Assembly: GCF_000315625.1 (NCBI RefSeq)
Contig: NW_005434590.1
Coordinates: 364,786-410,101, forward strand
Source: Guillardia theta CCMP2712
Taxonomy: Eukaryota; Protista; Cryptophyta
DNA: 45,316 bases
Reading direction: 5' to 3'
The notes beneath the pieces were generated by a model. It was not told where the DNA came from. It saw nothing but the letters and a program-made list of their open reading frames with translations, and ran no database searches. Made by a program: the position numbers and the translations under genes. This document shows, piece after piece, positions 22,405 to 35,619 of the stretch (position 1 is its first letter; each line of letters opens with the position of its first letter).

Positions 22405-24609
22405 ATGTACGACACTCCTCCATCAGTCCGCTTCTCCTCCCTCGACCTCTCCTCCAATCGCGTCTGGGGCTCCTTATGGTCATTTCACGGTGAGAGCAGG
22501 CGGCATGCGATCTGGCATGGCTGATGCAGATACTGTAGGAGGCTCGTTAACGCTCTCTTGGCTCGGGCTGAAGATGCTCTCCCTCCTCTATGTCTTCCTC
22601 ACTGTTTGCTGGCTTGTTTGTGCTTGCTCCGGTTTACTTGACACGTCCTTCGGCTTCACTGGGGAATCCATCCTTCTATGGGCACCTCGTGTCCTCGAGG
22701 TACATCGCTTCCTCCTGCTCTCCTTGGTCTCTCCCCTCCTCCTCTACTTCCTCGTCGTCCTCGTCTTCGCTTTCTCGTCCTTGTCCTGATTGCTGCCTTG
22801 GTACCCCTCATCTTTACCCTCCCATCAGTCTTTCTCTTCTCCTCATTGCAGGCGCTCAATCAGCTGCAGGGTCTCCTACTTCCCTTCCTGTACGAGTCAC
22901 TACACCAGCGGAGCAAGCACAGGCTCCTCTCTCCTCTCTCTTACAACAGTGGGCACATCAAGCCAGCCGGCAGGGCGTCTGTTATGCTTGCAGGTCTGAA
23001 CCTCCTCCTCGCTCCTCCCGGCTGACAGGCAGCAAGATGCGATGGACTATGCTCATCGGCTATGCATGGCCAGCAGCATCGTTCTGCTCCTCTCCTCCGC
23101 CGGGCTGAGCGTGAGGTGACGGGGAGGAGCTGGGGAGTTGCTGGGCTAAATGGGAGCAGGTTGAAAGACGTTTCCTCCCACGCGGTGCTTGCTGCTGATG
23201 CCGCTGAGATGATCTGCGATGGAAGTCGAGGGCACCTAGACGCGGCCGGGCTGTTTGACTTCTACCTGTCTCAGCTCTCGCTCATGCTCCTCCTCTACAC
23301 GGCTGGTGGGACCCTTCCCATCCTTGTCGCTTCCTGTCGTTCACCTTCCAACATCCTCCCCTTCCCTTTCTCAGTCTTTGTTGCTCTTATCATCCTCCTC
23401 TTTTCCCTCCCTGCCAGGAGTTGGCTTACCATATGCATGCAGTCAGCTGGAACTTTGCTGGGGAGAGGAGAAGTATGGTGATTGCTCGACGAGTCTGCGC
23501 TACCAGCGGCCTTCTTTTCGCGTGTCCCCTCCACCTGATAGGTGGGATCGTCTTATGCTCAGGTGTAAGAGGGCGAGGAGGAGTAGGAGGAGAGTAATGG
23601 TCGAGCAGGAGGAGCGAAGAAAGGCTTCATGCTGCTTGCCCTTGCCTTCCTCTTCAAGAGTCTTCTGTGCTTCTCTTTCTCCCTCCTCCCTCCTCCTCCT
23701 CGTCTGCCCGCAGAGCGACTGCGAGCCCCAAATGCTCTCTATCACCCGATACATCTACCTCAGGGTGCTGTCTTCAACTTCCTGTCTCCTCCTCCTGACA
23801 CGTTCCAGGAGTCGCAACTACCCGCTCGGAAGCTCTGCATGCTGCTCTTCCTCCTCCCACTCGCATTCATCCTCCTGTTCCAGTCGAAATCGCTCCTCCT
23901 CTTCCCTATCATCATCATCATCATCATCACAACCATCACCATCATATTGCAACAGCGGAGAAATCAGATGATGAGAGCGAGTTGTCTTCCACGGTTCTGA
24001 TCTCAGAAATGTCTCATCGCAACTCGTTTGAGCAAGAGGAAGAAAAGGATGCAGATGTCGAGATCAAGAGCAAGGTGAGATGATTGAAAGGAAATCAAAT
24101 CATACCGGGTAGTGAAAATGTTGCAGACGCACAACTTGATTGGACTTCCTGCTCTACATCTCCATAAGAAGTTGGAGAGCTCAACAGGCGAGCAGGAGCT
24201 TTTATTGAACGGAGGTAAAACTTTACAAGGTGAAAATTTACAATTTACTTCCAAGTTGATGAGATCACAGTTGCCTTCATGTCCAAGAACGGTGAAAGCC
24301 CCACCGTCCCTCCTCGTCGAGATCGACTTTTCCGGAAAGATGTGAAGTTTGTGACGAGAAACGATGAAGATGTCAAAGAAATCAATAACGTGTCTGGATA
24401 TGCCAACGATGATGAAGATATGATCGACGACTTACAAGACTTTGGCACCGTTCATTCAGAGAACACAGGTTCAAGTGAGAAAGTGTCAAGCACCACGTTT
24501 GCAAGGTGAGAAGCTTGCTGATTTTGCAAGGATTCTCATTTCATATTGCAGCAACGCAAAGAGGATGAATCGAAAGTTCTTGTCCAAAGAAATCATCTTT
24601 GAGAAATGA
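22405..24609 (+). CDS. Multi-exon, multi-pass membrane hypothetical protein
   Basis: MYDTPPSVRF..WSFH then GTGAGA donor; hydrophobic exons LKMLSLLYVFLTVCWLVCAC, FYLSQLSLMLLLYTAG, LCMLLFLLPLAFILLF; charged tail exons ending RKFLSKEIIFEK* at 24609. Start and middle exons uncertain. Confidence 0.55.
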
Positions 24610-25421
24610 AGCACCAACATCTTTGAAAAGCATCTTTTGGAACGTTACATAACAGTATTCTAAACATAACATCTCTGAACAAAATACATGTTGTATATCT
24701 ATGATAGGTTCTCACATTAAACTGCAGCCTTTTCCATCCTCATCTTTCTGAGATTTCTGCGTCATCGTTGAGTTTTTGCCCCCACTTTTTGCAACCTGTT
24801 GCAAGAAATCATCAAGAAATTTCCTCTGCCGTTTTCCGCGCAGTCACCTTGATCAAACTTTTCAATCTTCGCTTCTTGTCTTTCTTTTTGACATCTTTCC
24901 TTTCTTCCTCCTCTTCACTCTCCGAGCTCTCCTCCTCCTTCCAACAATTTCAGCCAAAAAACAACCAGTATCAAATGACGATCAGGAGGAGAAAGGAGCA
25001 GGAGAAAGGAGCAGGAAGAGGACTGAGAGGAGGAGGAGAAGGAGGAGGAGAAGGAGGAGGAGGAGGACTGAGAGGAGGAGGAGGAGGAGAGGAGGAGGAG
25101 GAGGAGGAGGAGGAGGAGGAGGAGGAGGCCGTTGGGGATATTTCGATGATCATGTGGATTGTGTTGTTTGACTATGAAATTGAAACCTGTGGTAATGCGG
25201 TCCTGCTTGTTTCTTCCTTTCCTGCTCATCGAGGTTTCAAACTCAAACATCTGCTGTCAACACGATCGACGTGACAGGGGAGACAGGAAGCAACAGATCG
25301 TAAGACAAGCAAGAGAAGAGCAACACGAGATGACAAGGTGTCGGAACCATCTTGAAGCCATTCAGGTGTGATGATTTATGTTGAGCAGAATGCAGCTAAG
25401 CGCTTCTCGAGGAGAAGCAGC

Positions 25422-27947
25422 TTAACTACAAACACAACTCTGAGGGGATCGGCCATCAGGCATGGACAATCTTTCCTTCTTGTTGACTGTGAGACAACAA
25501 TACAACAAGATCGAAAGCTCAGCTCATGAACTCTCCCGCATGTAACTGTAAGCACATCTTCCTTACCTCGCCTCTCGTTCTCCTGTGGCTTTGCCGCTCT
25601 GACGCCTCGAGCAGCGAGCCTGTACTTCTCCGCCAGTCGCTTGTTTTTCATCTTCTTCTCTAGAAAGCTCGCGTATCGCCTGTTCATCTCCTCGTCGTCC
25701 GGCGAGGCTTCAAGCGCGCGCTGGTAGTAGTCGTCCGCCTGCCAGGGGTCAAGAGGAGACCGCGGAGGAGAAAGAGGAGGAGGAGGAGGAGGAGGAGGAG
25801 GAGTGAGAGCGGCTGACCTGCGGCTTATCCTTCTTCTTCTCTTCTAGGAAAACAGCGAAGTTATAGAGCACGTCTGCCTGCTTCGGGGCTGCTCGGACGG
25901 CTCGGAGGTAGAGCTGCTCAGCACCGTCATAGTCGCTCACGTACTCCTCGAGGAACATGGCGAATGCCATGAGCGTATCACTGTCGTCTTGCTTCATCGT
26001 CAGGGCCTGCTGGAACACCTTCCTGGCATCCTCCACTCGGTTCTTCTCCTGTGCCAGGAACTGAGCGAGGGTGACGAGGTGAGAAGGGTCGTTGGGCTCA
26101 GCCTGTACTGCCTTGGTCAGCTGCTCCTCAGCTAAACTGACCGCAAACTTTCAGCGCGAGGAGGCAGACGGAGAGTTCTGACCTTAGGTTGGTGTTGTAA
26201 CCGTCCTTGTCGAGCTCTCTGAAGCCCTGGCAGTCCTCCACCAGGAACTCAGCAAACTCGTGGAACAAGTTGGTGTCGTCCCCTAGCCGGTCTGCCGCCT
26301 TCTTGTACAGCTCGATCGCCTTCTTGACGTCTTTGTGGTGCTTCCTCACAAACCTCGCCAGCTCCAGCTGCGCGTCTCCTGCCGAGTCCTCAAGCTGCAC
26401 GGCACGGCGAAGGTAGTGCTCGGCTATTGCGAGCTTGTCTGGCTTCTCCTGCTCGATCATTCAGGAGGAGGAGGAGGAGAAGGAGGAGGTGAGAAAGTGC
26501 GAAATGAGAGTCGGACAGGAGGGGAGCAACTTGAGTGAAGAGAGTTCACATGAATCATAAGAGAAAGACACAGAGGAGTAGAGAAAGAGAAGGAGATACA
26601 GCAGTAGAAGAATGAGGAGGGGAGGAGGAAGAAGAAAGAGAGACCTGAAGGAAGCGAGCGTATGCAAGGAAAGGTTCGTAGCTGTTGGGCTCAAGCTTGA
26701 TGGCTTCTCTGAAGTATCTGTCCGCCAGCTTCTCGTCCTTGTGATGCTTCCACAGCAGCTCCGCGTAGGTCAAGATGGCCCTAGAGTCCTGCATCCTCTC
26801 CTCTCACCTCTGCTCCCCTCTTATCCTCCTCCTCTTCTCCCCTCCTCCTCTTCTCCTCTCCTCCTCTCCTCCTCCTCTCCTCCTCCTCCTCCCATTATCC
26901 CCTCCTCCCCTCCTCCTCTTATCCTCCTCCTCCCAGTATCCCCTCCTTCTCTTCTCTCCTCCTCGTCTCCTCCTCTTATCCTCCTCCTCCCATTATCCCC
27001 TCCTCCTCTCCTCCTCCTCCTCTCCTCTTCTCCTCTGCTCTCTTTTCCCCCATCCTCTCTTCCTCTCCCTTTTCCATTTCCTTTCTTTTTCCTCCTTTCT
27101 CCTCCTCCTCCTCTCCTTCCTCTGTCCTCACCTTGGTGTTGAGCTTAATCGCTTCCCTGCATTTTTCGGAGGCTTTTTCAAGATCTTCGAGCTCGTCGAC
27201 AAGAAACCTGAAGGAAGGTGATCTTAAAGTACAGATAGAACATAACAGGGTAAACGTGAGGAGAAATGTGATGTTAACGACATATGAGAATGTTTTCAAT
27301 TGAGGATGATGATGATGATGATGATGATGACGATGATGACGATGATGATGATGATGACGACGACGATGACGATGATGACGACGATGATGATGATGATGAT
27401 GTTGTTAATTGTTCTGAATATCAGATTACCTCGCTTCTTCTAGAAGGATGTCGTATGTGTCACTGTCGCTCAAATTCGGTCTCAGCAGCGCATCAACAAA
27501 CACCTAAAGAGTGTAATCAGTGTGAGTTTTCCAGGATTATCCCTTCAGACAGAAAACTAGGAGAGAAATGAGTAGAGAGCAATGGTTCTTAGCTACGAAA
27601 CTCTCGACTAAGTCGAATAAACTCAAACAATCATGATGACGTTCTCAGAGCTCAATCATGACGATCCCTCACTTTTCTCGCGGCTGTCTCGTTGTGCTTC
27701 TTGTTGAGCAAGAATGATGCATATTGGCCAAGAGTGTAAGACTTCGCGTTGCCAGTACCCTAGCAAGGAGTTTAGGTGGAGCAGAAACCGAAACGATACG
27801 GGACGGTATTGAATAAAAATTCAATCCGTTGTTGCCATCTCTATCCTTGCTTCATCACCGCATCGTCATCATAGTTGTCTCCATTATCATCATCGCCACC
27901 ACCACCACCACCACCACCACCATGTCCTCCTCCTCCTCAATCATCAC

Positions 27948-28026
<79 letters not shown>

Positions 28027-31000
28027 TCCATCATCTCCATCATCNNNNNNNNNNNNNNNNNNNNNNNNNNNNNNNNNNNNNNNNNNNNNNNNNNNNNNNN
28101 NNNNNNNNNNNNNNNNNNNNNNNNNNNNNNNNNNNNNNNNNNNNGTATCTCCTCCTCCTCCTCCTCCTCCTCCTCCTCCTCCTCCTCCTCCTCCTCCTCC
28201 TCCTCCTCCTCCTCCTCCTTCCTCTCCTCCTCTTCCCCTGTTTCTGCTTCATCTTCCTCTTCCTCTACATCAATCCCCATCATCGGATGCTCAAACTCCC
28301 TCATGTCTGATCTCACCTCGCGGCCTCCCCAAGGGCTTCAGCCTCCTCCTCTGGCGGAGCCCCTTTGACTTGAATCGCACGCTGATAGAATGAGGCTGCA
28401 CGAAGGTGAGAAAAGAGGAGGACCAGGGAAGAGCAATGATAGATCAGGTGGAGAGGAGGAGGAGAAGAAAGAGAATTATGATTAGAGGGAGGAGGAGGAG
28501 GAGGAGGAGAAGAGTGGTTGGACAAGGAAGAGGAAAAACGAAGGAGGAAGGTGAGGAGGAGGAGAAAAATCAGTCATGAACGTCAACATCAAGATCTCTT
28601 CACCTGCATTCTTCTTGTCGCTCCTCTCAAACTCAAGGAACCTGGCGTAAGACAGCAAGGTCGGGATATGCTCAGGGTTCATTCGCAACGCCATCTTGTG
28701 CAGCTGCATGCAGCGGAGGAGGTCTCGACGACGACGGAGGTGAAACTGAGCAGCAGCGAGGTAATAGCTCGGGTCCTTGGGCCTCAAGCTGATCACCCGC
28801 TCGTACATCTCTCTTGCTCCCACGTATTGCCTCTGCGTTTCCTCCAGGAAAACTCTGAAAGGAGACTATCAGGATAAGAGCTGGGAGAAAGAAGACTGAG
28901 CTGTATGAAGAAGAGGAGCAGCAGGAGGAGACAGAGCAGGAGCTTCGTGAAGGTGTAGGAGCAGGAGCTTCGTGAAGGTGTAGGAGCAGGAGCTTCGTGA
29001 AGGTGTAGGAGCAGGAGCTTCGTGAAGGTGTAGGAGCAGGAGCTTCGTGAAGGAGCAGGAGCAGGAGCAGCAGAGGCATGAGGAGGTGGATTGAGGAGAG
29101 GAGAAGGTTGATGCGGTTGGCGTTGTAAGTTAGATACGCACGCGAAATTGAAGCAGATCTCGGGGTCGGAGGGAGCAGCAGAGACAGCGTCCTGATAGTA
29201 CTTCATCGCTGTCTTGTTGTCTTTGAAATGTTTCTCCTGCAGCTGCGCGTAGTTGCTGAGCGATGCCGCGTGACGAGGGTTAAGATGAATCGCTCGCAGG
29301 TAACTCCGACAAGCTTCTGGTATCTTCCCTTCCTCCTCCTGCCATCCCTTCAGCCCAATCTCCTTCCACTCCTGCTCCTGCTCCTGCTCCTGATCCTACT
29401 TTCTTATTTCTCTGTCTTCCCCTCCTCATCTTCACCCTGCGTCTTCCGCCCCCCCCCCCTCGCCTCCTCCTCGGACCGTCACATACCTGAAACTCGCTCG
29501 TCCTCCTCCTCTTCCTTCTCCTCCTCCGCCTTCTCCTCCTCCGCTTCTTTATGCACCACCTTCGGTCTGCGTCTGCCATCCGGTATCTCGCCCAGCACAT
29601 AACGGCGAAGTCAACCAGCGCCTCTACGTACTCGTCGTTGATGCTGAGACATCGCTGAAACAGCTGCAGAAGACACATCAAACTCTGCTCTACCCACACC
29701 CTCTTGTTTCTCCCTCCCCTTCTCTCGTCTCCTTTTTCCTACTCTCCTCCCTTACAACTCGTCCTTCGCTTTGCTTCCTTGACTTCACTATCTGACACCT
29801 TGCCTCCATTACGATCATCGTACCTCGATTTTCTTGTCTTCAATCACCTTTCTGCTTTCCTACCCCTGAATCTGATCTGATCTGATCTGATCTGATCCGA
29901 TCCGATCATATCCGATCCGATCCGATCCGATCCGATCTGATCTCATTGCATCGCATCGCATCTCATCTGATTCTTCTCGTACACTTGCTATTAACGATAT
30001 CTCGCTTTTGCTTCAGAGGATTAAATTGACCCTGCCCTTCTTCTCCTCTATCTCCTTGTTGTTTGTTTCCATTACCATCTCTGCCTGTGCGACGTCTTTC
30101 TTTTTGCTGTACATGAATAAAGCGTATCGATGAAGAACAGGAAGGTTGTTAGGATTTCTGTCGAAACAAGTCAACTTGCGACATGATGGAACAATCGGAC
30201 AAACTTTCTCAAAGCTCTTCGGAATTCTTCTTCTGTCTTGTACTTGAGCCATTTCTTGATGCTTCCCATGTTCTTGACCTGTCCTCCTCATTCATAAATG
30301 ACTTCAACTCAAACTCAAGCCTAATCTCCTCTTAAACTTCTTTTGACGTAATCCCTCTCTCTTGATCGTTATCTATCTCTTTGTTGTCCATTGTACCTCC
30401 TCACTCAACCTATCCTCTCCTCTCTTCTCTTCTCACCTCGTCAGGCAGCCCCGCGAGCGAGAAGTTTTCCCAGACCCATCGGTCACCATCAGGAGCATCG
30501 AGGCGAGAGGAGAGAGGAATCCATTTCTCCTCCTCTTCTTGTGATACTTTCCGAGCTGGGGTTCCATCTCCAGCAAACAATTTCTTTCCCTCCTCAGTCT
30601 CTTCTTTGCCTGATCTTTCAGTGTCTCCTCCTTTCCCCTCCTCCTCCTCCTCCTCCTCCTCTGGCGGGGGGACGTGTGGTTTGTCTTGCGCTTGTGGCTG
30701 CTCATCAAGGCTCTTGTTCTTGTCGTTGTTTCCCTCCGACCTCCTCGACATTGAAGAGATGGAAGATTGAGAGACAGACAGCTTGTCGGAGATGCTCGAC
30801 CGAGACGACGAGGAGGAGGAGGAGGAGATCTTGCCGGAAGGTTTGACAGCTTGATCTTGAGGTCTTCGCACGAGGCTGTGGGATGATAGCGAGTCTCTCA
30901 CACTCTCGTCTTCAGACTCCTCCACTTCAGTACTGCAGTATCAACCATCAAAGCTTCTTCCTCTCCTCCTCTGCTATCCCCTCTTCTCTACTCCCCTCTC

Positions 31001-33746
31001 CCCTTCCTTCCGTATTGTCTCTCCTCTACTCTCCTCTCCTCTTCCTTCCGTATTGTCTCTCCTCTCCTCTCCTCTTCTCTCCTCTCCTCTCCTCTCCTCT
31101 CCTCGTTGCTTTCTCATCAATTTGACCCTTGGCAACAGTGTCTTTATTTTCTCACCTGTCAGGTGTGATGTCGTCTCGAGCATAAGGTACAGACGCCTGC
31201 GGAGAAGTTTTCCTGCGACCCATCCTTAGCTCTTCACCTCCTCCTTTTCCCATGCTCCATCTTCCCTCCATTCCCTCTCTCGGCCACCACCACCACCACC
31301 ACCACCACCACCACCTCCTCCTCCTCCTCCTCCTCCTCCTCCTCCTCCTCCTCCTCCTCCTCCTCCTCCTCCTCCTCCTCCAATCTTCATTTTCATAGTA
31401 GTCTCCCTCCCTCGCACCTACAAACACGCCCTCTAACGGGCTGGCAGGTCTCACTTGTCATTTTTTTGCGGCATCGGAGCCAGCGTGCCAGGGCTCTCCG
31501 GCCTCTCCGGGTAGTCTTCAGTCTGCTTTGAGATAGCAGAGGAGGAGGAAGAGACAGTTCTAGGACTCTCTTCCTCGCTCTCGCTGTCTGTAATCTTCAT
31601 AGTTTCCTGCTCCTGTGACCCGCAGGCTTACAAGATTGAAGTCGCTTTCTCCTTCACCTTCAAGTGCAGATTCTCTCTGACTCTGACAAACGCGTTACCT
31701 CGCAGACGATGAAACCAGCACCGGCTACCTGCCCATCGCCGAGTTCTTGGCCGCGAGAGAAGTGCCGGGGCGAGGAGGCAGAGCATGTTCATCCTGAAGG
31801 GAACAAGAGGAGAAGGAAGAGAAATCGTCAGCACCTGCGAGATCGAAAACAGAAAAAAGCAGTGCTGAAGAGGAACAAGACGAACGAGAGAAGGAGTCAG
31901 AGAGGGAAGGAATCAGAGACAGGAAGAATCGCAACACGGAGAGAGTTGCACTTGCTCAGGATGAGGGAGATACAAGGGATAAGGTACAAGCCCACAAGCT
32001 CATTGACAACAGACCTCCGAGGCATCGGACTCAGTTAGGCTCTTTGAAGACGAGGAGTCCGAGATATCTGTTGCCTGTCCAAAGGCACCATGTTAACGAC
32101 ACACCACAAACAACCAGCCAAAGGAAACACAGTAACACACATCATCATCTACAATGAATATTCATTTGTTTTCTTGTGACATAATATAGCATCAAAACTT
32201 CTCCCAAAAAGTGCATCTCGAGCTGCGCATGACCATCAGTGGCATTAACCTTTACAGCTGTTCCTGGACGAGCGGCTGCTTGTTGCGGGAGATCTAGTTT
32301 CTTGAACAATGGCAATGTCGCCTCATCTCCCTTGGGCTTCACTTGGGGAGGTACATTGGCATGCTCCTTCTGATTCCCTGATAACGTTTCTCCTCCTGCA
32401 GCTCCTCCACTCCCTGCCCCCGCCCCACCACCACCACCACCACCTCCTCCTCCTCCTCCTCCTCCTCCTCCTCCTCCTCCTTTTCCTTTTCCTCCTCCCC
32501 CTCCCCCTCCTCTTCCTCCTCCTGATGCTCCTTCTGGTTGAATGTCATCTTCGCTATCGATCCAGCCTCCCTGCGAAAGGTTTCAATGCTCTTTATGCTG
32601 TCTTGTCTTCAATTCAATCTGGGGATTCTGCTTGTTGACTTCTGATCTCAGAAGCAAAGTCGTCCTTCAGTCTACTAGGCATCTCCCTTCGCAACCCTAC
32701 ACGCGACGCGCTGTCTTCCTCTCTCCCATATACATCGAGTTGGCGACTCTTTACCTTTCTGCCTTTTGGCTTTGTGTCTTCGCCTCCATCTTCAAGCTCC
32801 TGACGAGCCCGCTGTATCCTGTCATCCATCCTTGACAGGGCTGAGCAGAAGGATCACAAACAGCAGAACGAAGCAAGAAGCAGCAAGACAACATCTTCAG
32901 CAGAACGAAACAAGAAGCAGCAAGACAACATCTTTCTCAAGATATACAGCAAGCAGACTATTTGCATAACCAACCTGAGGATGATTTTGATTTCTCCCAG
33001 TGAGGAACAATGGGTTCTTTCTTTCTGGAAGGAGGAGGCGGCTGAGTGCTGGAGAGTGGCTTCTTGACCCGCCGCTTCCTCTCGTCTTCTGACGAGCTGT
33101 GGGAGCTTTCTGTGTCCGACGAAACATTCTGAGGCTTCGCTCGTCGAGCACCCATGACCGTGGGATCTCTTGCATCGACGACAAACTTCGGTGCCGCATC
33201 TTGACTGAACGCCAAAGATCCAGCCTTTTTGCTCTGTCTCTGCGGGTCCTAGAAAGAGTCAAGGAGTGGAGCTACTTCAAACTCCTCAGGCTCATCACCT
33301 TGACTGGTTTCTTCGGCCGTGCCCCTAAAACATCGCGATCATGGAGAGAAGCTGTTATCTCAACGGCAACGGGGAGACAGCGGGTGGAAAGAGCGGGAAA
33401 CAAAACGACAAAGATGAGGGGGAGGAGAAGAAACGATAAAGATGAGAAGGAGAAGAAGAAATGATAAAGATGAGAAGGGGAAAGGAAAACGATAAAGGGA
33501 TGAAGGGGATGCCTTGGTTGGAGATGGGACGAAGAGCTGTTGCCCGCGATGTCTTACTGGAGGCAATCTTGCAGAAGAGAGAGTGATTCACTCTCACCAT
33601 AGTCATGTAGTGCGATTACCTTAGCATCGATCTCTTTGAGGAAGTCTTTGTCAATGTAATCTTCCTCGTCACTGGATTCCGACAGCTCACTTGACCCCAT
33701 GCTGATCTTACGAGGCTTCAGAAGCGTTTGAAGCATGGAGGTCATG
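25422..33746 (-). CDS. Large TPR/HAT-repeat protein with a low-complexity S/R/K/E N-terminal half; may extend to 24712
   Basis: More than 10 TPR-like units over many exons: YLRAIHLNPRHAASLSNYAQL, YYQDAVSAAPSDPEICFNFA, MYERVISLRPKDPSYYLAAAQF, MALRMNPEHIPTLLSYARFL, YFREAIKLEPNSYEPFLAYARFL, LYLRAVRAAPKQADVLYNFAVFL, YYQRALEASPDDEEMNRRYASFL. Junction ..LPDE|VKNMGSIKKW links the upstream charged exon; 5' start (MTSMLQ or MGSSEL) is uncertain. Confidence 0.85.
27303..27400. repeat. (GAT/GAC)n microsatellite, intronic
   Basis: Direct read. Confidence 0.95.
27888..28220. repeat. Compound (CAC)n-(CAT)n-[gap 28045-28143]-(CCT)n microsatellite, intronic
   Basis: Direct read; the assembly gap sits inside the repeat. 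Confidence 0.95.
28934..29053. repeat. 25-bp tandem minisatellite GAGCAGGAGCTTCGTGAAGGTGTAG, about 4.8 copies, intronic
   Basis: AGCTTCGTGAAGG recurs at 28941, 28966, 28991, 29016 and 29041. Confidence 0.95.
29866..29970. repeat. Pentanucleotide array (TCTGA)n-(TCCGA)n-(TCGCA)n, intronic
   Basis: Direct read. Confidence 0.9.
31284..31381. repeat. (CCA)n-(CCT)n microsatellite
   Basis: Direct read. Confidence 0.95.
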
Positions 33747-33929
33747 TGGAAGGATGAGGGCTCACCTAAGGCATCTGAGGTTGCAGGTCCATCACTGTGT
33801 TTACGCTCACAATGTGTAAGCGATCCAAGAGCAGAGTCCTCGCTCAGACCCTCTTCTCGTCTCTCCCGTATGCTCCCATCGCATCTAGTTTGCCAAAGTT
33901 TCGGATGTCTCGGTGTAACCGTAGATAAA

Positions 33930-34270
33930 ACGGTCCGGTCGGGCCTTGGCACCGCGACCGTATCGGACAACGGTTCCGAGTTCCGACCGGCCGGGCGGGC
34001 CCGGGGCCGGGCCGGGCGCCGCTACCGGGCGCCCGCGCCCGGTCGGCAGCGGCCCCGGGTCGGAACGCACGGAGGGCGAGCTTTCGGCGGCCGGGCGGCC
34101 CGCGGCGGACCGGACCGTACGACGGTACTCGGACCCTCACAGTCACGGCCCGCTGGCCCCCGCCCCGCGCCCCCGGCCCCGGCCGAGCGCCGCGCGCGGC
34201 GCCGGGCCGGTCGGAGGCGACTCAGTCCGCGCCGCCAACCGCGGCCGCCCCCCGGTTTGGCCCTTCTGAC
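33930..34270. promoter_or_regulatory. GC-rich island upstream of the TPR gene
   Basis: CCGG/GGCC-dense, immediately 5' of the minus-strand gene start. Confidence 0.55.
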
Positions 34271-34424
34271 CTGAGTAAAGAACAAAACCTTAACCTTCGA
34301 TAAGGCAAAACAAGTCTTGAGGTGAGACATGTCGAAAGGGCATTAGTCTGATATCGGCAAGATTGTTTCCTTACGTGGGTTTTATATTTACAAAATGTTT
34401 TCGTTCATAATGATACGGGGATTT

Positions 34425-35378
34425 CTACGCATTCACTGACCACACATGTCCACATTTTGTGCATTCGTAGAAAATAGTTTGACCTTCATCCGCACTACGC
34501 ATCTGAAAACGAATTAGAACAAGGTGTTTGCGGTTGTTTGCATAAACAAGATTGCATGTGCACCTGAAGCGTTGAATATTTTGCCTCGTGATTGTTGCAT
34601 TTCGGGCAGTTTTCCTCTACAGTCGCCCTTCCATCTTGCTCACCATCCACTTCTTGTAAAAGAGCAGCCACATTGAATTTTGGTTTGCTCTGAGTTATCT
34701 GCAGGGATGTCAAGAACACACGACAAATAGATAAATGACACACTGTTTCTCGACCAAGAAACATTGACCAAGGGCATATACAGCTGATGTTAAAATATCA
34801 CTTTCTTAGTCAAAGTCATGCATAAATGATTTACTTGCAGCCCTGACACTTGATATGTTCTGAGCCAACATCTGGGGGATCCAAAATCCTATAATTCATT
34901 CAATGCATGTTAGAATAATCATGTAAAATTCGAACTTGGCAAATGTCTGTGCTTGTGTGCACCGCATAACCAACGTTCTTGGTTTCTTTGCATTTCACAA
35001 TCAACGATGTCTATTTCTTTGCATCTCCAAATATTGCATCAAAACGCTTCATTTTCCTGCTATTCATTCACTTTTCCTGCTATTCATTCCCATCATACTG
35101 CCGGCGTCATTATCGCATGTTCAGATTCTAGTGCCATCATCAACATTTAATCATCGACGCAACTTTCAGTGCTTCTTGTTGCACGTTACCTCTCCAGGGA
35201 TTGCTCACATCGCAGTCTCCCTCTTTCACGCACACACAGAACTCGAACACAATTCGTGTCTTCGTCTTTGCCTAGCTTATGATGTTTTAATCAAAACTCT
35301 GGCGTTCTCCTTTGCTAGTCTTCCATACCCCATGGCTCACCTTCCGCAGTCGGGGCAGAAAACTTGAGCGCCAGCCAT
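34425..35378 (-). CDS. RPA12 (POLR1H/ZNRD1): DNA-directed RNA polymerase I subunit RPA12 (TFIIS-like zinc ribbons), 5 exons
   Basis: MAGAQVFCPDCGR (35378-35341) | ILDPPDVGSEHIKCQGC (from 34888) | CICPWSMFLGRET | ITQSKPKF..RATVEENCPKCNNHEAKYSTLQ | MRSADEGQTIFYECTKCGHVWSVNA*. The QxRSADEGQT motif points to RPA12 rather than RPB9/RPC11. Confidence 0.93.
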
Positions 35379-35526
35379 GGCACGTGATGTTTGACCTATT
35401 TGACCACTTTGATCCCAGTCTCCCGCGGCAAATTAAGTTGGCCGGGGGCGGTCCCGGCCGAAACCCGGCGCTGACCTTGCGGGCCGAGTGCATCCGACAG
35501 GGATGCCGGACCGTCAATTTGGGTCG

Positions 35527-35557
35527 TTTACTCAAAGTTAAGTTAAAAAATCAGTAC
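35527..35557 (+). promoter_or_regulatory. Repeated motif TTTACTCAAAGTTAAGTTAAA(..TCAGTAC), copy 1
   Basis: Exact 21-mer shared with 37356 and 37819; about 70 nt upstream of ATG 35620. Confidence 0.6.
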
Positions 35558-35619
35558 ATTGGTGCGGACGACGTATCCGATCAGCCTCGGACTCATGACG
35601 TGACCACCAAAGCTGTCAC

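Noticed and set aside
27284-28393. Poly-D, poly-M, poly-I, poly-S and poly-E ORFs
   Set aside because: Translations of intronic trinucleotide microsatellites spanning an assembly gap.
28934-29053. CRISPR-like repeat
   Set aside because: No spacers; pure tandem repeat inside a eukaryotic intron.
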